Shown one piece after another: positions 38,585-51,425 of a stretch of 64,000 nt of DNA (position 1 is the stretch's first letter; every line of letters begins with the position of its first letter). Origin of the DNA: Lama guanicoe (Eukaryota); NCBI GenBank assembly GCA_013239625.1, contig MU054323.1, positions 14,121,950 to 14,185,949 on the forward strand, given 5' to 3'. Under the pieces are notes generated by a model. The model saw only the letters and a program-made list of their open reading frames with translations, was not told the DNA's origin and did not search any database. The translations under genes were made by a program, and so were the position numbers.

Positions 38585-38610
38585 GCATATATATATAGAG
38601 AGAGAGAAAG
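38551..38610. repeat. Compound microsatellite (CA)n-(TA)n-(GA)n
   Basis: Read directly from the sequence. Confidence 0.95.
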
Positions 38611-38749
38611 AGTTTAAAATATTTGCATTTTCAAGGTGCAGATTATCATTTCTCACCAAGTTTATTCTTCTAAAACCCATCCTCCTACAAAGAAAAAACT
38701 AAGAGCATGCTTGGACTAGTTTTCACACCATATATGTGTGAAAATCTTC

Positions 38750-39225
38750 TTGAGCCATTTATTAAGATATTAACTGAGCATCTACTATTTACCTGCAGTT
38801 TCATAGATAACAGTGGCATAAAGATGAAAACCATCTAATTCCTGTTCTAAAGGAGTTTATTTCCTGAGAGCAGACGTGCACACAAATCATTGAAAAACAA
38901 AGTAAAAATTGGTGGTTATCACATGAGAGTGACAGACGCATGCTCTTGTAGGTCATTAAGCCACTCAACAAATATTTATTGCACACTTTTCACTAGGCAG
39001 GCATCTAGAAAGGTGCTGGGGATACAGTGAAGAAAGTCTTCTGCCTTCATGGAGTATGTGTAGTACCATGGAAACACAGACAATAAACAAACAAATAAAT
39101 ATAATGCATTAGGTTATGGTAAATGCTTCAGAATAAAATAAAGCAGTGAGGGAGGCTGTGGTGCTGGCAAGGATGGAGTTTGATGTAGTTGAATTTTGCT
39201 GTTTTAAGGATGGTGATCAGATGAG
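38750..39225 (-). mobile_element. Two adjacent L2 3'-end fragments (about 38750-38930 and 38960-39225)
   Basis: ATATTTAACTGAGCATCTACTAT...CTAAAGGAGTTTAT, and CACTCAACAAATATTTATTGCAC...GCTGGGGATACAGTG...CTGCCTTCATGGAG. Confidence 0.75.
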
Positions 39226-40107
39226 AGAGAGAGACTGAAAGAGAAACAAAGACAGATACTGGGAAAAGAGAGGGAGGCCCTCAGGGAGGACACTTACACT
39301 TGCTGAATATGCAGGTTGTCAAACAGATTCAAGATACACTGAGGTGCCAAGAAGTCCAGGTGAAACCTGGGTTAGCCTTGTCCCTACCTAAATGCTTTCA
39401 AATGCCAAAATACATATATGCACATATACCTATGTACATATATATATACATACAAACAAAATAACAAAGTAAACTATAAATGTTGAATATTTATACTACA
39501 AAATATTGAATGGTGTGATGAAATAGAATGTGAAGGTGTCCCTCCCTGCCTCAACAGTGCCAGGGGGCAGAGGTGTTACTATTTTGTAGCACCAGAAACC
39601 CTTGAAGAGAGTAGTTTAACCTGAAGAATACTTTATGTCTTGCCTGCTTTGCTCTGTTACTTTGGGGAAAGTGTGGAACTAGTTCATGTCTAACCATATG
39701 TTAAAGTGCCCCTCAGGCACTTTAACTGTAGAGAAACTTCTTTCAATAACATGAAACATATGATAATAATCTTTAGGGCAGGTAGGAACAAGTCCTGGAC
39801 AAGAAACAATATTGTGCTTTGAGTCCTTTGGCTCTGAACAACAGCAAAAGCACACGACACATTATTCCTCCATTATTTTGCTCTTGGTTTCTTTGGGTGA
39901 TCTGTATCTGTGTCCTTTCTCTTTTTCTGTCCAACAGGAAGGATTTCATGCCTTACATTTAGGGCAAGAATTGTGCTGTGACTGCTAGCTACAATAGCAG
40001 AGTAGTTCAGGGAACTGAGAATGCTTTACTGAGAAATGAAATCTATGGACTGGCCCAGAAAGTGACCTGAGTAGAAGAAACCTATCTTTGGGGGCATCCA
40101 TCTAGAA

Positions 40108-40323
40108 CAAGGATCAGCGAACTCTTTCCGTAAAGGGTCAGATACTAAATATTTTAAACATTCCTGGCCATATGGCCCTTTTTCTAACTACAAAACTGCC
40201 ATCACTGCATTACAGCATTTAGAGATAATGCATAAATAAATATGGCTGTATTCCAGTAACTTTATTTTTAAAAACAGGTGATGGACTGGATTGGGCCCAT
40301 GAGCTATAGTTTTCTGACCCCTG
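40108..40323 (+). mobile_element. MER58A-like hAT-Charlie non-autonomous DNA transposon
   Basis: CAAGGATCAGCGAAC...GTAAAGGGTCAGATACTAAATATTTT...TATAGTTTTCTGACCCCTG, flanked by TCTAGA-type target words (ATCTAGAA and ATCTCTAGAG). Confidence 0.88.
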
Positions 40324-41909
40324 ATCTCTAGAGACCCCTTGGCTGCTGCCTTAGTCCTGGCCTTCCATGTGTCTTACAGCAGGTGTCTGTCTAGCCTCTC
40401 TGTTTCCAGTTGACCTCTCACCATTGTGTCCTTCACACAGCTGCCAGAGGGGTTTTTCTGAAAGTCTCATGAGATTATGTCATTTATCTGATTCAGTTCT
40501 TTAGTTCTTACATCATGTTGAGCATATCTGTCACTTGACTGTGCCTACAGTCTGGTTCATCTCCTATCCTTCTCAGACTAGGCTCCAAATCACATGTGCT
40601 ATTGAAAATTGACTCTACTAGAATGTCATCAGGCCTCACTTCTCCCAATATATTTCAAATATGGCTGAAACATGGTTATTGCTCCCTATCAACACTGAGG
40701 CTTCTTGGGCAGAGGAGAATGAAGTCTCCTTCTTATCAATCAGGAACTTCCTTTATATCTAGTGAGCAAGATCTCAACTGTCATAAGTCTTCAAAGATAC
40801 TGTTTATTCTCACCCACAGTTTCACTGAGATTTTCACGTTGCTTCTCCTAAATCTTAGACCTTGAATAATTTTGCTTCACTGTCCCCTCTCACTGCCTGT
40901 TCTTGTATCTTAAGGCTGCAACATTTGGTAAACTCACTGTTACATCTTGCTCATACCCGTGTGTAAAGCATGCACCTAAAAAATGCATTTTTAGAAACCT
41001 GCATTTGATCAGTACTCTGGCTATAGTCCTCCCATCAATCTTGCATTAAGATTTCAGAAAGTCTTAACTTCTCAAATAATGAGTTTGCCACAATTCTAAT
41101 TACTTACATGGATTAATACATTTACTTCATAGGAATTCTTTAATAGTAAATACCTTTATTATCTCTGTTTTTAGATAAGGAAACTAAGGAGAGAAGGACT
41201 GAAGTACCTTGTTTATGGTACTCACTGAGGAATTTGAGTCCCTTGTTTAGACCATTTCATGATAACATTTACTTGGCTCTATCTAATATTCCAGTCAAAG
41301 TTACTCCAACTTGCTTTTTATCTAGGGATGAAACACTGAAGCACTCATAAAACTCCTCTGTAAGGATATGTATCTCCACATACTGATGTCCAATGGACGT
41401 ATATTATGTATCCATTTCAGAACTGAGGATTGGATCTTAAATGCACTTTAAAATAGTAACAAGGGAGTTGAAAGAATTTACAAACCCCAAAGATCTATAT
41501 AAATGTTAGTAAAATTGTACTGTCTTTCAAAGATACTAATGCTTTATGAAATAATAAACTATATATATATGTGTGTGTATATATATAAAATATATATAGT
41601 ACATATCACATTATAGAAAAGCAAAATTTAGTTCTTGAAATATGAACAAGATAAAGACATGGTATGCATAATCACTTTTTTTCAATGCAGTTTCCTCAGT
41701 GCGCTGGAGTTTTAGCAGGAAACTTGACTTTTACATGCACCACACCTCCGTAGGTGAATGGTTTATCATTGTGTTTTCTGGTGTTGATCCTTTGTCCTTC
41801 TCAGAAGATAATGCTGTATTCTGCAAATGTTTGGGCATCACCCTCTGAACACCCTCCAAAGGAGGATAAACTCAAAAAAGAATTCTCGATCACATAATTT
41901 TGCCTAAGT

Positions 41910-42130
41910 AATGATAGTGGCTTACATTTATTAAACCTCTTTATGCCCTCCAAATCATCTACATTTCCATTGTTTTATTTGATCCTCACAGTGGTGCTGT
42001 GAGGAGCATACTGGCAATTTTGTCCACATTTACCCAGGAGGAAACTAATGCTCAAAAGGGCTAAGTGACTCACGTGTGTGTTAAGGAGCTGATCTGACAC
42101 TTGTACCCAAATGTTCTGACTTACAGCCTG
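41910..42130 (-). mobile_element. MIR SINE
   Basis: ATAGTGGCTTACATTTATT...ATTTGATCCTCACAG...GAGGAAACTAATGCTCA...AAGTGACT. Confidence 0.7.
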
Positions 42131-43201
42131 TGCAAACCCTCAACCAGAGCCTGGACTATCTTTGTCTCTTAAAAAACACAGCCTACCCATTCCCTTCAGG
42201 GCCTTGTACATACTTCCCAAAGGGGCTCCCACCTTTGTACATGTGTTGCTAAATCTGCTTCCCTCAACCCCTACCTTATTTTATGCTTCGTTCACCCCTT
42301 TAGTGGCCAACACTTACACCCCTGCTGTGCTCCTGATTCTAAGCTTCCAAGCTTCCAATTTGAAAGCTATTTGAGTATGTTCTACTAAGTTCTCCTTATT
42401 TCTAAATCTTACTTCTTCCCATCGGGAACATTGATTCCAGACGTAAGTTTATTGGCAACAATCTCTTCATTAATCAGTTGTTGGGAACCATTCCCTTTGT
42501 GCTTGTTTTTCTCCTCTTCTCAGAGGTAGTCCATATGGGTACATTCTGACCCTACAAGTAGGCAGGACAACCAGCTTGCCCCATAAGATGAGTATGAAAA
42601 CAATGCTTAAGAACAGTGAGCTGATTGTAGCTTACACATTTATTTTATTTTGTATGGCATGGGTTTTGTGTCCAATATCTAAATAATTTTTTCTAGCCAG
42701 AGGTTAGTCTAAGCTGTAAGATCCTGGGGGCACATGGCTGATGTTAGAAGTCTCATAAAACATTCAGGAAATGCCATATGCTGGAGAGGACACAGAGCCA
42801 AGAATATGATGGCATCAAAGGTTAGGATTATAAACTTCCAAATTAGGGAACTAATAGTAGAATCAGAAGTCAGAGAAAGTGAGAGTTAGGAAGACAGCCC
42901 AGAATAGCAAGTCTGTGATGGGAAGTTGAAGGTATAGGAGAGATCTTTTGGGAAATTGCCAGAAATGGACCTTGCTAAAGGCAGCTGGTTTTGCGGTAAA
43001 AAGGACTAAAGACCAGATAAGAACTAATAATCATCACATCTCCTCATTATACAATGTTGCACATTGTACCTCGTGGAAACCACATTCTTGGGGTTATTCC
43101 AAGATTATTAATAATAGAGGAGAAATTACATGAACTGAAATATATTAAATACATATCACATCTCAAAACGTAAGCCTGGCAAATTAAAAATAGAATCCCT
43201 G

Positions 43202-43281
43202 AATGACTGAAAAATTGTGCTGAACACTGGAATTTGACACAACATTGTAAAATGATTATAAATCAATAAAAAAATGTAAAA
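43202..43281 (+). mobile_element. Extremely 5'-truncated young L1 (about 80 bp of terminal 3'UTR + A tail)
   Basis: Matches 17660-17740 and the reverse complement of 22924-23000; flanked by AGAATCCCTG (43192-43201) and AGAATTCCTG (43288-43297); TT/AAAA site just upstream. Confidence 0.9.
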
Positions 43282-45454
43282 AAAAAAAGAATTCCTGCTT
43301 TGATATTCACACTAGAATAAATCAATACATGCAGGATTTAAAGTACAAAATAGTTTACTCTAGAAATAAAAGCACGCATTTCTTAACATTGTAAGTAAAC
43401 TTTTTTGTGTTTGAAAATTTTTAACTCAAAAAAGTGTTGTGAATCATGTACCATATTCTCCATTTTTCCATCATTTTAAAATGTATTGCTAGTAATGCAT
43501 GTAAATGGCTTAAACATGAAAACCAAATGTCACAGTGACGCTATACAGCCGTGCCTACATTGTATACATCTTTTATGACATGTTTCACTTGCTTTAACTC
43601 TCTGTGGCAATAAACATCAAGGAGTAACTCTTTACTATTCCAACTGAACACAAACTAAAAGCAGAGAAACTATTTTTAAAAAACTGTCACATATAGTATG
43701 GTGCCAATACATTACATTGGAAATTTCACATATTGCACATTCAGGCATTCATTATAAATGGTTTATAATATATATACATAAGATACATTATACCTATTTA
43801 CTTTATGTCCTTTTTATTTATGTATTGGTTATAAGAAATCATTCTTGCCTGACAACCATTGCTTTTTCCTGTCAGACTTTAGGAAAGCTAAGGCATCCAG
43901 AGAAGTGACCCATTATATTATGAATGGAATACGAAAAATCACCTACAGTTTGTCAAGAACATGAATATTTTCTAAGGTTAGAAATATAACTGGATCTACT
44001 TCAAAATTCTCTTAATTGGAACAAAAAGTCAAACTGACAAATAAGAGGCATAGCAACTGCTTCTACACATAATACATGTTTTCAGAGGAACTGAGAAGAA
44101 GGTTTCAGAAGGCCATGAATATCCTAGCCTCTCTGCCTCAGATTGAGAACAGTCCAGTATAAAGAGTAGCTCAAAATAAATGTTAGCTAAGTCCCTAAAG
44201 GCAGTTGTGGAGCACTCAGTGGCACTAGTCAGTAGAGGCAGAGATGCCAAACAAAGGAGTGCATTGAAAGGTCTTTTTTGTAGAAAACTGTTTTTAGTAA
44301 TAAATTCTTAAGAAAATGTCCTCACATAGAATGTTTAGACAGTTGAACAGTTTGTTGTTGTTGTTGGAAATACTGCTTATTTTAGATTCCCTGTACTAAT
44401 GACTAATAATATATTAAGCCACATGTCTTATAAATAAACCTAACTGGGTTGAGACACTAGCAGTTGGGGTTTGCTATCATGGCTAAAACATGCTTCTGGG
44501 AAAAAAAACAAAAAGCCCAGGTAATATGAACCTCAGTTACTGAATACTCAGCTCTTCTCTCCCTGGTGCTGAAACCCTGTTTTAGAGGTCATAGGGAATT
44601 GATCCTGAGTGAGTTGTACACTACAGAGAGAAGGTCATGGGAATATGTCATATACATAACAGCCTATGTCCTAGGAGTCTGTATAAAGATAGAATTTATC
44701 TTAATTAAGTTTCAAACTCATTTTAAAAATAAGACATCTAAAATTTAGATTACTCAGGCTTGCTGGTAACCAGTCAGATGATTTCTGGTATTCAGGAAAG
44801 GATATGGGTTGTTATCTCACCAAAGAAAGCACCATTGCATTTATAAAGGTAGAATCATGTTGATGGCATTTACATTTATAAAAGAATACGTACTATTCTA
44901 CAGCACTGAGTAAGGGTGATGCTTACACTGCTTACCCAATCTGGGCATAAAGGTCTTCACTATGCGTTTTTGAGGTTTCCAGACCTCTATTGTCCCTTGT
45001 CCTCATTTCACTTTACTGGAGCCAAAGAAACAGAAACATATGCATTATCCTTTTGATCAGATTTGTAGTTCTGAACAGCTTCCACTACTACCATGATTGA
45101 CAGTGCATTTTAATACTGATTCTTTCACTTCTGATCTGTTTTTTTTTTTTATCATTTCAGAATTGTATGGCATCTGTAATCCAAGTGTTTAACATTCTTT
45201 TCTCAGCTAAAACCTTGGTTTCCCACACAGATCACAGTTGTAGTGGTATCTTCAATGGCTGTGCTATTGTAGATGAACAGCCAGCCTGCACTCCCCACCA
45301 CCACTTATATAAATACTCAGCTTATATAAGTACTCAGTATTTTTCTTGACTCTGAGAATGGGAACCAGATGAATGGGGTCCACAATTTCCATATATATTT
45401 CTTAATTTATACATGGGAGTAATAATTTAACCATGCTTTTTGAGGTAAAACAAC

Positions 45455-45650
45455 ATCCAGAATGCTTACTAAGTTCCTGCAATGTACCAGGTATATAGTC
45501 AGCTTTATCTTAATCAATACAATCACATCCATGAGAGAGTGGTATTACCATCTCCATATTTATAGCTCAGGAAACCAGCTCATAGGTGAAAAAGGTTAAA
45601 TAGCTCAACTGAGATTTATTAATAAATGATGGAACTAGAAAAAATTTGTC
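45455..45650 (-). mobile_element. MIR SINE
   Basis: AATGCTTACTAAGTTCCTGCAATGTACCAGG...GGTATTACCATCTCCATATTTATAGCTCAGGAAAC...AGGTTAAATAGCT. Confidence 0.65.
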
Positions 45651-45749
45651 TGCCTTATCCAGCACCATGATATTTAACTTCAAGATGATTATCTGAAAAT
45701 TTACTGAATTTATACAAGTAAATGGACTATGACCATCTGATCAATGGTG

Positions 45750-45777
45750 TACACACACACACACACACACACACACT
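45750..45777. repeat. (CA)n microsatellite
   Basis: Read directly from the sequence. Confidence 0.95.
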
Positions 45778-46724
45778 TACTACTCTAAGAGGCATCTACT
45801 GGTAAGTCAGGCCGTTGGCCGTTGGCTAGGGGGAACTAGAAAGGGGTATCTCTGGATTTGATCCAAATATTCTTTGACCCTGTGTGTCCGTTCTCTAATG
45901 CATCATGTTTTGCCACATGATTTCATGGTGGCTCAGTTGCTTAATTAAAATAGGCTCTATGGCATAGTAGGTAGCAGTATAGCGCCAGGGTCCTGTGGAC
46001 CTGCAGTTCTTGAGCTACATGACTTTAGGCGAATGACTTCATGTCTTTATTTGTAATATGGAAAACATAAAGCCGTTTCATAGTCTTACACTTACTGTGA
46101 GGATTAAGTGAAGTATTATTCACAGGCTGTTTACTTTCTGGCTTGCAGGGAACACTCAATATTTGTGTGTTTTCATTGTACTGTTTGCTGTTGCTATTAT
46201 TTATTTGTAGTAGGCCAGACTGTGTCATTCTCTTTGTTAGCTGCTCAAAGATGAGTTCTTCTGGGAAATATTTAATCCATTTAACTTTACTTGCTTTAAC
46301 TCTTTCTGTTTCTGTTTGCTGTTTTCCAAATGCACAAGCATACTGAAGGCATGGCTTTCCTCCAGTGTCTATATGCTCTGAAAACACCTAAAAAGTATTT
46401 GATGCTGAAAAATTCTTATGATTGTCCAAGACAGCTTTTGCAATTGTAGAAAGTTAATAAATTATTTTGGCATAGGTGAAACAAAGAATGACTTTTGGGC
46501 TGTGTGCTATTAAGATATTTTATAATAGCATACTCTTACTTAGAAATATCTCTGATAGCAATTACTTGCTGCATGTTGTGTACCAACTCTGGTACCTGAG
46601 AGCTGAAATTTTTTAAATTGTCCACCTTGTCCATACTCACAGGTGAATTGCATATGCAAAATGAATCAAGTGAAAGAGATGATTTTACCTAAACCTCTCA
46701 TTAATTTAAAAGAAAAGGAAACAG

Positions 46725-49700
46725 GGAACTCTACTTCTGACAATGGTGGAATAGGAGGTTTTGGACCACATCTTCCACTGATAACTTCTAGAGTAACTGG
46801 GTTCAATGTAAACAGTTGTTTGAGAGAATCATAGAGCTACCAAGATAGCAATAATGTGTTTGGATACTATCTGGAAGAGAATAGATGTCCAGAGAAGTAA
46901 ACCAAGTATTTTGTACCACTCTCTTCCTTTTGCTGACTATGAATGATTAAATCTGAAGAACTAAACATAACTTTTTCTATATTCGCAGAAATAAGAGAAA
47001 AAAAATTGAAATTCAGGACCATGGAAGAGGGGTACTGATAAGGGTAATCCAGATATAGATCATTCATCATAAGGACTGAAACTAACTTTTGAATCTTATT
47101 AGTCCCTGTTTGAGGTGATTGCCCCCAGTCTAGCTGTGTATCAGAGCAAAAAAGTAAAGTCTCCCTATAGAAGATAATATTGTAGAGCGCTTCAACTTAT
47201 CACTATAACAATTCTTAGTTAACACTTAGTCAGAAATAATCAGGCATACAACTAAAGACCAGACTGGACCTAAATTGAAAAATATTTTAAAGATAATAGG
47301 AAATTTAGGAATAGGAAATTTCTCATAGGAAACCAGAAAATGAAGTTGTTTATATCATCTTTAAGATGATATACTCAAGTAATTACAAAAACAAGGTTGA
47401 GAATTAGAATTTCAACACATAACTGGAAATTAGTAAAAAATCAAATAATTACATTGTACACTTTAAATTTACACTATATTACATGTCAGTTATATCTCAA
47501 TAAAACTGGGGATAATCATTAAAAATGAAGCACTGAATAATACAATAAGTAAAAGAAACAACTAATGGATAAGAGTAACATCATATTAGGCTGAAGTGGT
47601 AATTAACATACCAGATGTCTTAGAAACATAAATGTCAAAAACATGACAAGAAAAAAAATGAAAGGAAAGAATAAACAGCAACAAAAATTGTTTAAAATAA
47701 TATTCGGAATATAGTGGAACTATCTAGTATATGATGATGTGAAAAAAAAGGTGAAAGAGAGTAGAGCTGAAGCAAAACTGAAGAGACAATTACCAACAAA
47801 TTCCAAAACAACAAGACTGTAAAACAACAACAATCCAAGATATAAATAATCATAGTAAAACTGCTGGAAAAAAAGAGAATATCTCAAAAGCAATCAGAGG
47901 AAAAAAAGACATTATCTTCAAAGGAGCAATAATAAGTTTGACAGCTGAGTTTTCAACAGAAACAATGGAAGCCAGAGGGGAAAAATGATATTTTGATAAG
48001 TTAGCAAAATAATAGCTGCAAAAAAAATTCTGTATCAAGAAAAATTATCTTTTCAAAACTACTGGTTGGAATAAAGACCTTTTTAAATTGAAAAAAAATA
48101 GAGATTTAGTTTTTTTTTTTAAAAGGCAGACCTACAATAAAGAAAAGAGAAGGTGTTCTTCAGACAGAATGCATGCAGTCTCAAATAGAGGCTTAGATAT
48201 TTATAAGATAATGGAGAGCAATTGAAATAGTAAATACATAAATAATTCGAGGTGTATGGTTGAAATGCAAATAAATTTAAAAGAATGTTAGTTGTATAAA
48301 ACAAGAATAGATTCTTTGAGATTTAAAATATGAGACACAAATTACATGACACTAAGAATACATAACTCAGGAAAATGATTAGTGTCAAAGATCCCTGAAT
48401 ACTGAAGGAAGTATTAACTGTTCTATTTAATTAGAGCTTAATTTGTCCTAAATACAAGTTGTAATCTCTAGGGTAAGCACTAAATGACATGATAACAAAT
48501 GACCTAAATGGAAGGAAAAACAATGTAACAAAATTACTTTTAAAAGTGAAGAAGCTAAAATAAATAGAAAAAAATAAGCAAAAGGCATGAGACAAAGAGG
48601 AGATAAATTATATGATGAAAGGTCTATCTATCTATGTAGCTATATTGGTAATTGCATTAAATATAAATGGACTAAGTTCTTTATTTAAATGATAAAATGA
48701 TAATGATGATTAGATTTAGCAAAAACAACAAAAAAAAAGGTATGTGTGCTCCTTGTAAGACACCCCTCAAAATAAAATACAAAGATGATCAAAGTAAAAT
48801 GATGAATAACAATATGTCATTAAAAATAGAGGAAAGATTGATATGTTTAACTTTACTGACAATGGGAGCTTATGTTCATCAAAGAATATCATTAAGATAA
48901 TATAAATAATGTCACAAAATGAAGAATATACTTGGCATACACATAACTGAAAAAGTGTTTGCATCTTTGCATAACCCTAAGTATAAAAGAATTTCTACCT
49001 AATAGAAAAAAATGAGCAGGGAAAAAAAAAGAAAAAAATTGAATAGGTGTTTCACACACACACAAATATACAAATGGCTAAAAAATATATATAGGTACTC
49101 GACATCATTAGTCACCAGAAAATTAAAACCATGATATAATACCACGATATACACAACAGACAAGTGGAAATTAAAAAGACTGATGCTCTGCTGTTTAAAT
49201 TGTCAGTTGCTACAGACATTTTGGAAAACTTTCATTATCTACTAAATTTGGAAAGATAGGTAGGTTGGTAGGAGATACATAAGATAGATGATCTTACTAA
49301 CTAGCATTTCCACTTTTAAATATATACCATGAGACACACGTGTGCTTCACACATTTGTGTACCAAAAGACATATGTAAGAATGTTCATAACAGTATTAAC
49401 CAAAATAGTGGAAATAACTACTCTTTGTCAACTGTATACTAAAATTAAATTATAGGGTAACCGTGCATTGGAATAGTATAGAACAAAATTTACAAAAGCA
49501 GCAAACTACTGCCCAACACAACAATATGAATGAATATCCCAAACAAAATGTTGGAAAGAAGAAGCCAGATTAAAAAGGGTGCATAATGATAAATTCTTTA
49601 TACGAAGGTCAGAAAGAGGCAAAACTAATCCATGGTGTTAGCAGTCGGAGTAATAGTTACCTTTGAGAAAGAGGGAGTATATAGTGATGGGGGAATGGAT

Positions 49701-49840
49701 GAGGTTGGGGGCTTCTGATTCTTAACCTAGGTGACAGTTACATGGGCTTGTTCTTTTTCAGATAATTCACAGAGCTGTACAATTATAGATTTTACCTTGT
49801 GGTATGTTTGTGTTATACTCCAAACATTTTTATTTAAAAA
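46725..49840 (+). mobile_element. Ancient, internally deleted L1 (5' region, ORF1 remnant, start of ORF2, 3' end)
   Basis: A-rich plus strand; ORF1-like GACAGCTGAGTTTTCAACAGAAACAATGGAAGCCAG (about 47940); ORF2-start-like TAATTGCATTAAATATAAATGGACTAA (about 48650); L1ME-type 3' end AGGCAAAACTAATCCATGGTGTTAG...GTTATACTCCA. Confidence 0.75.
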
Positions 49841-50109
49841 TAGACCAAAAAGAACAGATTTTTCAGAATTATCACTCCATAATAAGAGTATATTTGGTCT
49901 TTTCCCATGCCTCTTCCTCATAATTCTCCCCTTTTCTGTTTTTTTTTTTTTGCATAGAAAATAAACCTTATAATTTCATATAACAGTTGCCAGTTGATGG
50001 ATAGAGGCTGACCTTGCCTACTTCATAATATGCATGTTGTGTTTACATATGCAGTCTCTTAGAATGTTTTACAGATGTGAACCTTGTATTTCAACTTAAT
50101 TACGTGTTC

Positions 50110-50350
50110 TCCCTTTAAACTAGGAGCTCTTTTTCAGCAGCTGTGATGTCTTATTGAATGTTTGCATCCTTAACCTTTAGCAGAATGTCTGACATCCTAA
50201 TATAATCAAAGAATGCTACGAATTCATTCTTTTCACACATATTTATTGAGAAGCTCTTATGGACTGTGTACTGTTCTACTCTTTTTTGATGTTGAGATTA
50301 AGGTACAGGATAGACTAGCCTGCTATTTTCATGGATTGGTTATAAATAGC
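50110..50350. mobile_element. Two L2 3' ends in tail-to-tail orientation (+ about 50110-50220; - about 50221-50350)
   Basis: TAAACTAGGAGCTC...TGTCTTATT...TTTGCATCC...TAGCAGAATGTCTGACA (sense), directly followed by ATTCATTC...ATATTTATTGAG...ACTGTTCTA (antisense). Confidence 0.6.
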
Positions 50351-51179
50351 TCTTTTCCTCTGAACCCACTATAGAGAGGCCATATTTTTCATGGTATATT
50401 TCTGAAATCCTTAAGCTCAAAAGAAAAAGTAAGAAATTCCCAAGGAATTCCCAGTAAGTATCTCTCCTCCAAGACCATCCTGAGATGAACAGCATTACCT
50501 AGAGGGCCTAAGAGGTACTATTATCTGATTTAGAAAGGTTCCTGGCAGGAGGCCTGATACGAAAAAGAAATCTCTATATTTAATGGAAATTTCTTTCCAG
50601 GCCAAAGTTATTAAGAACCATAGTTTCAGTCATTTAAACTTCTTATGGTTCCAGGAAGACAACCTAGTATTTCTATAATGTAGACCATCTCAAGTCATGT
50701 GTGTCACTGTGTGTGTAAGGGGATGGCTGTGGCTGGTGGTGGTGGTGGTAGTTCACAGCAATCACATTTCAGCATTAAATCAACACCATGGTGAAAAACT
50801 GAGAGCTGAGGAGTATGCTGTTTAGAAAAGTAAAAATGTTACCTTGCTGTACAAAACAAAATGTTCAGCTTCTGACAAATTCTACTGGTGAAAAATTAAA
50901 TCAGTTCTATAGGGACGATTGAGAAAGCTGCCTATTAAATTTTTATGCCCTCTAAAGACTTCTTTATCCAATAGTAACTACTACATCCAATTGGGGTACT
51001 TGAAAACCACTCTTAGAGTCATTTCTTGGAGTTTTTATCCCCTCTTATAAAATGTAAATTCTTGGAAGAGTTAACAGTTCACTCACATTAAAAAGCTAAT
51101 GGCTCATATGATTCTGTATTTTAAGAATGACCATATTGGCCACCTGTGGAGTTCAAAGGAGAATGGACAAGGACTCTGT

Positions 51180-51425
51180 AGAGTGTGGCAGAGGAAAAAA
51201 GACTGGTTTCTGGTGTCAGGGAGACCTGAGTTTAAATCCTGGCTGTGAAACATTTTGGTTACGTGATGTTGGACAAACTATATGATCATTCTGAACCATA
51301 GGTTGTATGAAAAGAGGGACAAAATACTTTATTCATGAAGATTTTGTGAGGAGCAAATTAACATGAAATGTATGTAGCATTATACCTAATAGAGTGCTTG
51401 GCACCAAATAGTTCACCAGTATAGG
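51180..51425 (+). mobile_element. MIR SINE (near full length)
   Basis: GAGACCTGAGTTTAAATCCTGGCT...GTGATGTTGGACAA...TTGTGAGGAGCAAAT...AGAGTGCTTGGCAC. Confidence 0.78.
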
